NCBI GenBank assembly: GCA_964446675.1
Contig: CAYUPK010000015.1
Span: forward strand, 14,753-78,752
Source of the DNA: an uncultured Wenzhouxiangella sp.
Lineage (GTDB): Bacteria > Pseudomonadota > Gammaproteobacteria > Xanthomonadales > Wenzhouxiangellaceae
Length of the DNA: 64,000 nt
Direction of reading: 5' to 3'
The notes under the pieces are model-generated. The model saw only the letters and a program-made list of their open reading frames with translations, was not told where the DNA came from and made no database searches. The position numbers and the translations under genes are program-made. Every line of letters begins with the position of its first letter. Within the stretch, counting starts at the first letter, position 1. Below, one piece after another: positions 6,660 to 16,151 of this stretch.

Positions 6660-9008
6660 ATGCTTCGTAAATTGCTGCTTGCTCTGGTGCTTGCCCAGAG
6701 CCTTGCCACTGTAGCCGTGGCCCAGGTCGAGGACAGGGAAGAACCCCGTACCCAGGCCGGCACGCCAACCTTTCACTTCATCGGTGATCGCTACCGTATC
6801 GGCCTCGGGCTCGACAGCGAATTCGATGTCATCGGTGAGTTCCAGGCCGCGCTCTACGAGTCGCAGCGCTCGAGCTTCATCGGCGACGGCTGGCTGGGCA
6901 GCCGGGGTGCCGGCGGCGTCAAGCTCAACTACCACTGGCTGATCAATGCAACCGCCGAAGAAGGCCCCGACGGGCCGGTCTACACCGATGGCAATGTGGC
7001 CAAGCTGTTCGTGGCCGCCGACCAGAACCAGCTCGATGACCGCAAGCTGACCTTCGGCGCCGGCTGGGAAGGGCGCAACTGGGCGTTTTCCGGCTACGGC
7101 ATGACCGCCCTGTCCGATGAGCGCCTGGTCAACCGCACGCAGAGGATCGAAGACATACTGGTCACCGGGCAGATCGATGGCCGGGCCTTCTCGCGCGTGG
7201 ACACCATCGAGACCGTCACTGAATGGTTCGAAGAGCCCTATGACTGGGGCCTGGGCCTGCGCGCCGAGCGCTTCTTCGACAACCCCCTGATTCGCCTGCG
7301 CGGCGGCCTCGACTACGAAGAGGGCGATTACAGCTCGTCTCAGATCACGGCCTCGCTGTCGCTCGACAAGCACTTTCACAACTCTCCGCACAGCCTCAGC
7401 TTTCGAACCAGCTACGCGCACAAGGACGGCGATTACGTGATCGACGACAGCGACCTGCGCGGCAGCGTCGTCTACAGCTTCAGCTTCGGCGCTGCGCAAA
7501 GCAGCTTCCGCCCGTCACGTCGCTATCGTGACATGGAAGTCCAGGTGGCCGGCGAGCCGCGTACCGTCGAGCGGGTGATCGTCAACGAGGTCACCCTGAC
7601 CGATCGCACGACCTTTGATTTCGACAGCTCCGTGCTCAAGCCTGCCGCCGAGAACACGCTCGATGAAGTTCTGGCCGTGATCAAGGACGGTGGCCTGGTA
7701 GGCGATATCCAGATTGTGGGTCACACCTGTAACATCGGCACCGAGGAATATAATCAGGGCTTGAGCGAGCGGCGCGCCCGTTCCGTGGTCGACTATCTGA
7801 CCTCGCACGGGATCGATGTCGATCACATCGACTGGCGCGGCGAAGGTGAGACCCAGCCGCGCTTCCCCAACGACAGTCCGGAAAATCGCGCGAAGAACCG
7901 CCGCGTGGCAATCAGTTTTGCGACTGAACGCAGCAGCACCGAGACGGTCACCGTGGGCCCGGACGAGCCGGCCACGGAAATCCGCCAGGTGGAGGTGCCG
8001 GTCGAGGCGCCGTGGATCCGCCGTGCGCTGCGCAACCCGGTGCGCCACAAACGCATCGTTGACTACTACCGCTATCAGGAAAGCACGGCGTCGGTCACCG
8101 AAGGCGAGATCGAGTTCGCCAACGAGGCGCCGCAGGCCGGCGACGATCAGTACACGGTTGACGCCGACTCGGTTGACAACGCCTTCGACGTGCTGGCCAA
8201 CGACAGCGACGCCGACGGCGACGCGCTGACCATCGTGAGCGTGAGTTCGCCGGCCAACGGTCAGGCGTCGATCAGCGGCGACCAGGTGCTCTACACTCCC
8301 AACACAGGCTTTACCGGCACCGACAGCTTCAGCTACACCGTGGACGACGGCTTCGGCGGCCAGGCCAGCGCGACCGTGACCGTCACCGTGCAGTCGCTCA
8401 ACCAGCCGCCGGTGGTCGACGATCTGACCGCCACCACGCTGCGCAACCAGCCGGTCGATATCGATGTGCTGGCCGCCGCCAGCGATCCCGATGGCGACGA
8501 GCTCGTCATCGCTGGCTTTACCCAGCCCGATAACGGCAGCGTCAGCCAGTCGGGCGATGTGCTGCGCTACATGCCCGATCACGAGTTCTTCGGCAGCGAC
8601 AGCTTTACCTACACCATCAGCGACGGGCGCGGCGGCGAGGCTTCGGCAACCGTCCTCATCGAGGTGGCCTTCGCCAACCGCGCGCCGGTGGCCAATCCCG
8701 ATCAGGCGACTACGCCGTCCGGCCAGGCCGTGACCGTTGATGTGCTGGCCAACGACTACGATCCCGACGGTGATCCGCTCGAAATCATCGAAGTCTTGCA
8801 GTGGTATGGCATGCCCGCGGAATTCACCATCAACGGTGACGGCACGATCACCTTCCGCCTCAGCGACTCCTGCAACGGCCGCAACCGCTTCAGATACACG
8901 ATTACCGATCCCTGGGGTGCGACCGCAACCGCCAACGTGGAGGTCACGCGCATCGATGGCGGCAGCTCGCCGGATGCGCAATCTGGCGTGGAATGCGGCA
9001 ACTGGTGA
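6660..9008 (+). CDS. Secreted OmpA-family protein: N-terminal beta-barrel-like region, OmpA_C peptidoglycan-binding domain, three cadherin-like (tandem-95 type) repeats
   Basis: Signal peptide MLRKLLLALVLAQSLATVAVAQ. OmpA_C signature at aa 308-421 (FDFDSSVLKP...GHTCNIGTEEYNQGLSERRARSVVDYL...NRRVAISF). Repeats carry VDVLANDxDxDGDxL at aa 489-765. Confidence 0.85.
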   Translation: MLRKLLLALVLAQSLATVAVAQVEDREEPRTQAGTPTFHFIGDRYRIGLGLDSEFDVIGEFQAALYESQRSSFIGDGWLGSRGAGGVKLNYHWLINATAEEGPDGPVYTDGNVAKLFVAADQNQLDDRKLTFGAGWEGRNWAFSGYGMTALSDERLVNRTQRIEDILVTGQIDGRAFSRVDTIETVTEWFEEPYDWGLGLRAERFFDNPLIRLRGGLDYEEGDYSSSQITASLSLDKHFHNSPHSLSFRTSYAHKDGDYVIDDSDLRGSVVYSFSFGAAQSSFRPSRRYRDMEVQVAGEPRTVERVIVNEVTLTDRTTFDFDSSVLKPAAENTLDEVLAVIKDGGLVGDIQIVGHTCNIGTEEYNQGLSERRARSVVDYLTSHGIDVDHIDWRGEGETQPRFPNDSPENRAKNRRVAISFATERSSTETVTVGPDEPATEIRQVEVPVEAPWIRRALRNPVRHKRIVDYYRYQESTASVTEGEIEFANEAPQAGDDQYTVDADSVDNAFDVLANDSDADGDALTIVSVSSPANGQASISGDQVLYTPNTGFTGTDSFSYTVDDGFGGQASATVTVTVQSLNQPPVVDDLTATTLRNQPVDIDVLAAASDPDGDELVIAGFTQPDNGSVSQSGDVLRYMPDHEFFGSDSFTYTISDGRGGEASATVLIEVAFANRAPVANPDQATTPSGQAVTVDVLANDYDPDGDPLEIIEVLQWYGMPAEFTINGDGTITFRLSDSCNGRNRFRYTITDPWGATATANVEVTRIDGGSSPDAQSGVECGNW
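8124..8954 (+). repeat. Three tandem ~95-aa cadherin-like modules inside the OmpA-family gene
   Basis: The repeats start near aa 495, 587 and 680. Each has xVDVLAxDxDPDGDxLxI ... GxDxFxYTIxDxxGxxAxAxVxIxV. Confidence 0.75.
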
Positions 9009-9020
9009 TCCGACGGCCGC

Positions 9021-10073
9021 TCAGTCGGCCAGAAGTGGCGCCAGCCTTTCGATCACCATCTCCGGGGTGATGAGCTTCATCACCCCGGGGTATTCCAGAC
9101 GCTTGCCCCAGCGCAGCTTTTCCGGCGGCTTGCCTGCGAATCGGCGAGCGGCCTCGGGGAAGCAGTCCACCGCATGTGCCAGGCTGTCGACCGGCCCGGA
9201 ACGGCGTGCCCAGGTGGCCGCATACAGCCCCACGACCGGTGTGCCCATGGCATCGGCAAAATGCGCCGGCCCGGAGTCCGGGGCGATCACGCAGGCGGCG
9301 CGTTCGAACATCGCCAGAGCCTGCTTGATGGTGTCGCGCCCGATCAGGTTGAGTACCGGATTGCGTACGCGCTGTTCGATAGCCTGCCCGAGGGCCTGCT
9401 CTGCCGGCCCCGGCCCGCCCATCAGGATCACCGGTCGGCCCGTTTTCTCGATCACCCAGTCGGCCACGGCAGCATAACCGGTGGCATGCCAGTTGCGCCG
9501 GGTGTGGCTCGACGCCGGGCTGATGATCACCGCCTGCCTCGGCTCGGGCTGGTATTTATGGGCAAAGCCGAGGGCTGACTCGGGCACGGGCAGGCGCCGG
9601 TCCACGTCGTCGACAGGCAGGCCAAGGTGGCGGGCGAACTGCAAAAAGGCATGTGCCTGATGCTGGAAGGGCACGGCGTCGATGCGTTCGTTGATCATCA
9701 GGCCATGGCCCGGTCGCGATCGGGCCCGGTCGAGGCCGATGCGCCGGTCGGCGCGCACAAGGCCTGCCAGCAGCGAGGAGCGCTGCGACACCTGGGCGAG
9801 CACAAGCGTATCGAAGCGACGTCCCCGAAGCTGCTGCCAGGCTCCGGGAAAGCCGGCAAGGGTTCCGCGCTTGTCGAATACAATGAACTCCACGCCGGCT
9901 AGATCGTGCACCAGGCGGTATTCTGCCTTGCCGACGATCCAGGTCAGCGCCGTATCGGGCCAGGCTCGCTGAATGGCCCGCACCAGCGGTACGGTATTGC
10001 ATACGTCGCCCAGCGCCGACAGGCGCAGCAGACAGAGGGAATCGGGTGGATCGTTTGTCTGGCGCACGGGCAC
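9021..10073 (-). CDS. Glycosyltransferase family 9 (LPS heptosyltransferase-like)
   Basis: Motifs LCLLRLSALGDVCNTVP and ...DSGPAHFADAMGTPVVGLY are typical of GT9. The ORF is open to GTG at 10145, which would overlap divergent kdkA. There is no ATG near the 5' end, so GTG at 10073 or 10067 is more plausible. The start is uncertain. Confidence 0.8.
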   Translation of the reverse strand: MPVRQTNDPPDSLCLLRLSALGDVCNTVPLVRAIQRAWPDTALTWIVGKAEYRLVHDLAGVEFIVFDKRGTLAGFPGAWQQLRGRRFDTLVLAQVSQRSSLLAGLVRADRRIGLDRARSRPGHGLMINERIDAVPFQHQAHAFLQFARHLGLPVDDVDRRLPVPESALGFAHKYQPEPRQAVIISPASSHTRRNWHATGYAAVADWVIEKTGRPVILMGGPGPAEQALGQAIEQRVRNPVLNLIGRDTIKQALAMFERAACVIAPDSGPAHFADAMGTPVVGLYAATWARRSGPVDSLAHAVDCFPEAARRFAGKPPEKLRWGKRLEYPGVMKLITPEMVIERLAPLLAD

Positions 10074-10111
10074 GATACGGCGAAACTCAATCGGAAAACG
10101 ACCGGGGCGAT

Positions 10112-10786
10112 ATGCCGGAAACGGAACTGCAAGCAGGCTCGACACGTATTCTATATGACCCTTCGGCGCTTGACGTGGTCAGCCCCGAGTGGCTGGAACC
10201 GGATTTCTGGCAGATGCGGGGCGCTGTCCTGGCCCGATTCGGCGGCCGTGGCCAAGCCCTGGCGGTCACCACCGACGCCGGCCCGGCTGTGCTCCGGCGC
10301 TATCTGCGCGGCGGTCAGGTCGCGCGCCTGAGCCACGACAAGTATCTATTCACCGGCTATCAGCGCAGCCGCAGCTTTCGCGAATTTCGCGTGCTCGCCC
10401 GACTGCGCGCAATGGGCCTGCCGGTGCCGACACCGCTGCTGGCCGGCTGTCAGCGCCTGCGCCTGACCTGCCGCGCGGCGATCCTCACCCGGCTGATCGA
10501 AAACACCATCAGCCTGCCGCAGGCCGCCGACATTCTCGAGGCCGGGCACTGGCAGCGCCTGGGCCGCACCCTGCAGCGCTTCTTTGCCGCCGGCGTCGTT
10601 CATCCCGACCTCAATGCCCACAACCTGCTTGTCGATGGCGACGGCGACTGGCACGTCATCGACTTCGACCGCGCCCGCATCGAGAACCGACCGGTCGATC
10701 CCGCACCCATGCTCAAGCGCCTCGAGCGCTCGCTCGACAAGCTCGGCATCGCTGGTGAGCGGAGGTTTCTCTGGCAGCTCGATTAG
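10112..10786 (+). CDS. kdkA: 3-deoxy-D-manno-octulosonic acid (Kdo) kinase
   Basis: EWLEPDFWQ, RRYLRGG, FREFRVLARLRAMGLPVP and VHPDLNAHNLLVDGDGDWHVIDFDRA match the KdkA family. I chose ATG at 10112 inside the longer ORF that opens at 10046. Confidence 0.85.
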   Translation: MPETELQAGSTRILYDPSALDVVSPEWLEPDFWQMRGAVLARFGGRGQALAVTTDAGPAVLRRYLRGGQVARLSHDKYLFTGYQRSRSFREFRVLARLRAMGLPVPTPLLAGCQRLRLTCRAAILTRLIENTISLPQAADILEAGHWQRLGRTLQRFFAAGVVHPDLNAHNLLVDGDGDWHVIDFDRARIENRPVDPAPMLKRLERSLDKLGIAGERRFLWQLD

Positions 10787-10794
10787 CTGATTGA

Positions 10795-13119
10795 TCAGTC
10801 GATCGACAACCTGGCTCGCGCCATGCCCAGAACCGAATCTTCGGCAAAGCCGCTTTCCTTCCAGGTGCCGGCCGTTCGGCCGGTCAAATGCTCGAGCGCT
10901 TCGGGGATGCCGGCCACCGCGATGACGTGGAACTGATCGTTGGTGCAGGCTCGGATGACGCGCTTGTCCAGGGCCAGGCGGTCCCGGTCGACCGCCGGAA
11001 TGATCACGCCCTGCTGACCATTGAGGCCGATCCGGTTGCAGGCGTCGAAGAAGCCCTCGATTCGTTCGTTGACATAGTTGACCCGGCCAACCTGGCCACG
11101 TGCGTCCACGCTGCCGATCACGGCCAGTCCCTGGCGCAGCGACACCCCCGCCAGCGAAGCGATCAGGCCGCAGGCCTGGCCCAGCAGAGTCGAGGATGCA
11201 TCATTGGGGCTCACTGCTGGATCCAGCGTCATCGCCACCTGCAGATCGGTCGCGGTGTCGATGTGCAGGAGCTCGGTGATCATCGGCATGAGGAATTTGC
11301 GAACCGGCAATGCCTCGTCGCCATTTTCCAGCGACAGGTCGGTGGCACCGCGGGTGATAGCCAGGCTCAGGCGTGTGGGCACGCCGAACATTTCGTCGGC
11401 CAGTCGTTCTCGGCCAATCAGATTGAGTTGGCCCACGGAGCGGCCGCGCAGACGAATTAGACCGCTGTCGACGCTGTGCTGCATCCGACCCGTAGCGGGC
11501 AGGCCGGCGCGGTGTCGGATGCGGGCAAAGGCGCCTTCGACCTGTTCGCGCCCGATCTCGGTCTGTTCGTCTTCGCTGGCCAGAAAGGCCGACTCGCGGA
11601 TGATCTCGGAGAGCCGGTCCGCGCGCGTGGTCAGGCGCGCGGGCTGGTCGGACAGCCGGGCGCTGATCTCGACTATGGCAGCCAGCGCCGGGCGCGTGAG
11701 CGGCGGCAGATTCTCTTGCTGCACCACTGCGGAAACGAGGCGGCAGGTGCGCCCGATGCCCTCGGCGTCGCGCGGCACGGTGGCTTCCAGATCAGCCAGC
11801 AGACGGAAGCGCCGGGAGAACTCGCGGCTGATGGACTCGAGCTGGGTATAGGCGGCCGTATCGCCGATCAGGATCACGCCGATGTCGACGGGGATGGCCT
11901 CGGGCCGCAGCGACTGCGCGGCCTGAGTCCAGTCGGCGGTCGATGTAGCGATGGTGACCTCGCCGGCACGCAGAATGCGCAGCAACTGGCGAAAGACCTG
12001 CGGCTCGCTGGCGAGATCTTCGGCGTCGAGTATCAGGAAGCCGCCGTCGGCCTGTATCAGGGTTCCGGAGCGGATGCCCTGGAACGATGCCACCGCGCGC
12101 CCGCCGCTGCGCCAGGCCGGATCGACGGTGCCGAGCAGGCTGCCCGGTGAAATCGAGCTGGTCGAAACGACCGGCGCTCCGCTTTCCTCCCGGCTCATGT
12201 TGAGCACGTTGACGCCGTAGAGCACGGTTGGATCAGCGAGCTGGCTGGTTTCGTGGCCGATACGCTTTTCGAGCACGTCGTCGATGACCTCGCGCAGGTA
12301 GACCTCGATGCCCTCGGCCCTGAAACGCTGCGATATTTCGGCGGTCATCTCGCCCATGATGCGCGCAGTTTCGGTAATGTCGATCTGCTCGATGTGCTGC
12401 TGGGCCTGCTGCCATTTCTTGCGGATCTGACGCGAGACCCGCCCGATTTCGTCGTCGTAGGACTTGATCCGCTCTTCGAACTGTCTGCGGTCTTCTTCGG
12501 AGGCCTGCTTGCGCGCGACCATGTTGCGAAACTCCTCCTGGGAGACCGGCTTGCCCATGATGCGCACCGACACCTGCAGGCGCGCATTCGGGCCGGCCTG
12601 GCTGCGAATCAGCGCCAGGCCCTCGGCTTCGAGCTTCTTTTCGAGCGGCCTGAGCAGCAGCCGGATGTCGCGCTCGGCCGCCTCGCGGCGGGCTTCGCGC
12701 CGGCCGCGGATTGGGTCGTTGGCCAGGATGTCGGGCAGCCGCTCGCGCACGAACAGCGCGATGCGGTGCATCTGTTTCTGGAAAGGACGCCCTTCGCCAC
12801 GCGGCATGATGATCAGCCGCGGCCGGTCCGGGTTGGAAAAGTTGTGAACGAAGCAGAAGTCCCGGCTTTGGCGTGCTTCGGGACGCACGCTGGCGAACAG
12901 GCTTTCGAGCAGTCGCCGTCGCCCGCTGCCGCGCGGGCCGCGCAGGAACATGTGCTGGTTGTGACCCGGACTGGCTACGCCATAGTAGAGCGCCTCCAGC
13001 GCGGCGTCCTGACCCAGCGTCCCTTCGAGCACGGGAATGTCGCGGGTTGAATCGCCGGGAATATCGCTCCCGTCCGGCTGCCAACGCAGGCGTTCCGGCG
13101 CAATCGCGTGCCGGAACAC
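10795..13119 (-). CDS. Lon-like protease family protein (LonC type: AAA-like domain with a coiled-coil insertion plus a Lon_C domain)
   Basis: 774 aa, GTG start. P-loop-like GPRGSGRR at aa 61-68. A charged coiled-coil insertion spans about aa 140-270. The C-terminal Lon proteolytic-domain pattern is ...DASSTLLGQACGLIASLAG...IGSVDARGQVGRVNYVNERIEGFF...GVIIP. Confidence 0.8.
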   Translation of the reverse strand: MFRHAIAPERLRWQPDGSDIPGDSTRDIPVLEGTLGQDAALEALYYGVASPGHNQHMFLRGPRGSGRRRLLESLFASVRPEARQSRDFCFVHNFSNPDRPRLIIMPRGEGRPFQKQMHRIALFVRERLPDILANDPIRGRREARREAAERDIRLLLRPLEKKLEAEGLALIRSQAGPNARLQVSVRIMGKPVSQEEFRNMVARKQASEEDRRQFEERIKSYDDEIGRVSRQIRKKWQQAQQHIEQIDITETARIMGEMTAEISQRFRAEGIEVYLREVIDDVLEKRIGHETSQLADPTVLYGVNVLNMSREESGAPVVSTSSISPGSLLGTVDPAWRSGGRAVASFQGIRSGTLIQADGGFLILDAEDLASEPQVFRQLLRILRAGEVTIATSTADWTQAAQSLRPEAIPVDIGVILIGDTAAYTQLESISREFSRRFRLLADLEATVPRDAEGIGRTCRLVSAVVQQENLPPLTRPALAAIVEISARLSDQPARLTTRADRLSEIIRESAFLASEDEQTEIGREQVEGAFARIRHRAGLPATGRMQHSVDSGLIRLRGRSVGQLNLIGRERLADEMFGVPTRLSLAITRGATDLSLENGDEALPVRKFLMPMITELLHIDTATDLQVAMTLDPAVSPNDASSTLLGQACGLIASLAGVSLRQGLAVIGSVDARGQVGRVNYVNERIEGFFDACNRIGLNGQQGVIIPAVDRDRLALDKRVIRACTNDQFHVIAVAGIPEALEHLTGRTAGTWKESGFAEDSVLGMARARLSID

Positions 13120-13188
13120 GTCACGCCCCTCCCTGAAAATGGTTCATGCTGCCTCCCAGGTCATCCAACCCCCATCCTTGAGTTCATA

Positions 13189-14142
13189 CTATACCGGAGC
13201 CGCCTTACGCGTCTGCTGGCGCGCCATCGATTCGGCAAAGCTGATCCATGCCTCGGCCGTCTGTCTCGGCTTCTCGATCATCGGCAGGTGGCCGGTGGCG
13301 GGCAGCATCAGCGTGTGAGCCCGCGGCATGCGCCTGGCCAGCAGCTTGAGGCCGTCGGGGTGCAGAACCTGGTCAGCCTGCCCCCACACGATCAAGGCCG
13401 GCATGTTCAGACCCTCGACCAGCTCTTCGAGCGGCGTGGAGCGGAAGCGAATATCGTCGAAGATGCCCTGTGTCCGCCTGGCGTGGCGGCCGGCACGGCT
13501 GGCCAGTTCACGCGCCAGCGGCCCCGGCAGCCAGGGCGGGCGCACGAAGCAGTAGTCCATGAGTGCCCGGAACTCCTTGTGGTCGCGTACCACCAGCGCG
13601 TTATGGCCGCCTTGCTGGACTACCTCGAACAGGGGCGACAGGGGTGCGGTCTGCAGGCCGCCGGGGCTTAGCAGCCACAGCGCGCGAACGCGCTCGGGTG
13701 CCAGCCGGGCCACGGCGCTGGCGACGTAACCACCCAGTGAACTGCCGCCCAGATAGAAGCGCTCGATGCCCAGTTTCTCGAGCAGGTCGAGCACGCGGCT
13801 CGCCTGCGCGTCGACGTCATAATCAAGCCGCTTGTCAAAGGCAGTCTGGCCGAAGCCGGGCAGATCCGGGGCGATCACGCGAAAGTGCGCGCCGAGACGG
13901 CGAGAGACACGAGTGAAGTGATAGCCGTCGCCGTTGAAGCCATGCAGCAGTACCAGCGGTTCACCATGGCCGCCTTCGAGAACGTGCCAGTCGAGGCCGT
14001 TCTGACTTACGCGGCGGATCGACAGGCGGCCCTGACGGCGCTCGGCAGCCATGAACAGGCGCGCCAGCGGGCGCGGCCACAGCAGCCAGAACACGGCCCA
14101 GGCCGCAAGCAAGGCCAGCAACACGATCAGCCAGGTCATCAT
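13189..14142 (-). CDS. Alpha/beta-fold hydrolase with an N-terminal membrane anchor
   Basis: N-terminal hydrophobic segment MMTWLIVLLALLAAWAVFWLLW, then LVLLHGFNGDG and the nucleophile elbow GGSSLGG. It ends 70 nt upstream of the Lon-like gene on the same strand. Confidence 0.85.
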   Translation of the reverse strand: MMTWLIVLLALLAAWAVFWLLWPRPLARLFMAAERRQGRLSIRRVSQNGLDWHVLEGGHGEPLVLLHGFNGDGYHFTRVSRRLGAHFRVIAPDLPGFGQTAFDKRLDYDVDAQASRVLDLLEKLGIERFYLGGSSLGGYVASAVARLAPERVRALWLLSPGGLQTAPLSPLFEVVQQGGHNALVVRDHKEFRALMDYCFVRPPWLPGPLARELASRAGRHARRTQGIFDDIRFRSTPLEELVEGLNMPALIVWGQADQVLHPDGLKLLARRMPRAHTLMLPATGHLPMIEKPRQTAEAWISFAESMARQQTRKAAPV

Positions 14143-14267
14143 GGCAATGTATCGTCCCTCGTTCGATACGACCTTTGAGGATAACCCAATTTTTGCGCAG
14201 ATTCGCTGCGATGGCCTGCCGTTGCAGCCGGTAAAATAGCCGCCTGTCGGTTCATCCCTGGCCAGTC

Positions 14268-14759
14268 ATGTTCGCATCGATCTCTGCCATGGTGCTGGTG
14301 GTCACCAGCGCCAACTATCTCGTCCAGTTTCCGGTCAACGACTGGTTGACCTGGGGTGCGATAACCTACCCGGCCTCCTATTTCGTTACCGACCTGACCA
14401 ACCGCCGTTTCGGTCCCGCCTCGGCACGCAAGGTGGTCTATATCGGTTTCGCGCTGGCCGTGTTGTGCTCGATCTGGCTGTCGAGCCCCCGCATCGCCTT
14501 TGCCTCGGGTTCGGCTTTTCTGGTTTCGCAATTGATGGACGTGGCCATCTTCAACCGCCTGCGCGAACGCGCCTGGTGGCAGCCGCCCCTGTTTTCGAGC
14601 GTCATCGGCTCGGCGGTCGATACGGCGTTGTTCTTCGCTCTGGCGTTTGCCGGCACGGCCATGCCCTGGATTACCCTGGCTGTGGGCGACTACGGCGTCA
14701 AGGTTGCCATTGCCTTGGCGCTGCTCATTCCCTGGCGCGTGGTGGCAAGGCGCGGATGA
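14268..14759 (+). CDS. VUT/YhhQ-family membrane protein (queuosine-precursor transporter family)
   Basis: 163 aa and polytopic. YPASYFVTDLTNRRFG...LVSQLMDVAIFNRLR...SSVIGSAVDTALFF resembles the DUF165/YhhQ family. It is shorter than E. coli YhhQ. Confidence 0.7.
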   Translation: MFASISAMVLVVTSANYLVQFPVNDWLTWGAITYPASYFVTDLTNRRFGPASARKVVYIGFALAVLCSIWLSSPRIAFASGSAFLVSQLMDVAIFNRLRERAWWQPPLFSSVIGSAVDTALFFALAFAGTAMPWITLAVGDYGVKVAIALALLIPWRVVARRG

Positions 14760-14761
14760 GT

Positions 14762-16048
14762 TCAGCCCTGCGGCTGGATGACGCCCATGTCGGCCAGATG
14801 CTTGCGGGCGCGCTTTCCGGCCGGGGTGTCGGACTGGGCCGCGATCTTGTAGTGCTCCACGGCCTGCTGGCGGTTGTCCAGGGCGCGCTCGACGTTGCCC
14901 AGATGAAGGTGGCCGTCGGCGGTCTGCAGCAGCTCCAGGCTGGCGTGCAGATCGGAGCGCGCGCCGGACCACTGGCGCCGATTCTCGCGCACCATGCCGC
15001 GGCGCAGGTGGTGGTAGAACCAGCTTGAGTCGAGCTCGAGCGCTCGGGAGAATGCGCGTTCGGCAGCATCGAAGTCCTTGCGCGTGGCCAGCGCGTCGCC
15101 GCGCAGCGCGTGGAACAGCGCCTCGCCGCTTTCGATGGCGATTGCTTCATCGGCCTTGCGCAGGGCCTCGTCGACCTTGCCGTCCTGCAGCGCCTTGCGC
15201 CCGGCGTCGTGGGCCTCGTAGGCCGGTTGCAGACGCTCCAGGTAGGCCACCTGCTTCTTGTATTGCTCACGGCCGATGCGCCCGCCGCGGCCCAGCTCAT
15301 CGGCCCGCTTGCGGTTGTTGACGACGCGTTCCTGCGACGGCGGATGCGATGCGAACAGGCCATCGGCCCAGCCCTGCTTGCGGTTTTCCGACAGGCGCAC
15401 GAAGGTTTCCTGCAGGTCGACTGCGGCGGCGGGATCGTAACCGGCGCGCTTCATGTAGCCCATGCCGTAGTAGTCGGCCTCGCGCTCGGCGTCACGCGAG
15501 TAGCGCTGCTGGACAAGCTGCGCGCCGAGCATGCCGCCCAGCAGGGCCACCTGGGTGTACTGAGCGTCTTCTGTCGCTGCCCCGACCGCCACGCTGCCGA
15601 GGATGACCGCGCCTTGCGCCAGCGCTGCGCGCGAGGCGGCCTGGGCGCTGTGGCTGGCGGCAGCGTGAACCGCTTCGTGCCCCAGCACAGCGGCCAGTTC
15701 GGCCTCTGAGTTCAGCTCGGTCAGCAGGCCGCGGTTGACCGCAATCTTGCCGGCTGGCAGGGCCCAGGCGTTGGGCACCGAGCTGTTGATCACGTGGAAT
15801 TCGTAGGGCAGCTCGCGGTCGGCCTGCTGCGCCACGCGCTGGCCAACCGACTGGACGTAGTCGACCACCGATTGATCGATGACCAGATCCCCGCCCTGAG
15901 CCTGGCGCATCGGTGCATACTGCTGTTCGCCAACCTGTCGCTCCCAGTTTTCGCCGTAGAGATTGAAGTCGCGCTCGCCGGTGACCGGGTTGGTGGCGCA
16001 ACCAGCCACCAGCACAAGAGCGGCGATGGTGCTCAACAGACGGTGCAT
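14762..16048 (-). CDS. M48-family zinc metalloprotease lipoprotein with C-terminal TPR repeats
   Basis: Lipobox LVAGC, the HEAVH zinc motif (LGHEAVHAAASH), and a TPR-like C-terminal half. Confidence 0.85.
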   Translation of the reverse strand: MHRLLSTIAALVLVAGCATNPVTGERDFNLYGENWERQVGEQQYAPMRQAQGGDLVIDQSVVDYVQSVGQRVAQQADRELPYEFHVINSSVPNAWALPAGKIAVNRGLLTELNSEAELAAVLGHEAVHAAASHSAQAASRAALAQGAVILGSVAVGAATEDAQYTQVALLGGMLGAQLVQQRYSRDAEREADYYGMGYMKRAGYDPAAAVDLQETFVRLSENRKQGWADGLFASHPPSQERVVNNRKRADELGRGGRIGREQYKKQVAYLERLQPAYEAHDAGRKALQDGKVDEALRKADEAIAIESGEALFHALRGDALATRKDFDAAERAFSRALELDSSWFYHHLRRGMVRENRRQWSGARSDLHASLELLQTADGHLHLGNVERALDNRQQAVEHYKIAAQSDTPAGKRARKHLADMGVIQPQG

Positions 16049-16151
16049 CGGTATTCTCCGTGGTGAGTCTGCTGCTGATTATACGGGTGGCGTCTGAATC
16101 GTTACGAATTGCGAACCAGGGTTCTGGTTTCGGAGCTCCGAGTCCCGAGCC

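Noticed and set aside
14143-14267. Possible preQ1 riboswitch upstream of the YhhQ-family transporter.
   Set aside because: I could not find the preQ1-I/II consensus hairpin plus A-rich tail in the 125-nt leader.
16113-16150. GAACCAGGGTTCTGGTTTCGGAGCTCCGAGTCCCGAGCC as a fourth heptad-family copy.
   Set aside because: It shares only short strings (GGTTTCGG, GAGTCCCG) and two mini-palindromes. It is too degenerate to assign without a genome-wide alignment.
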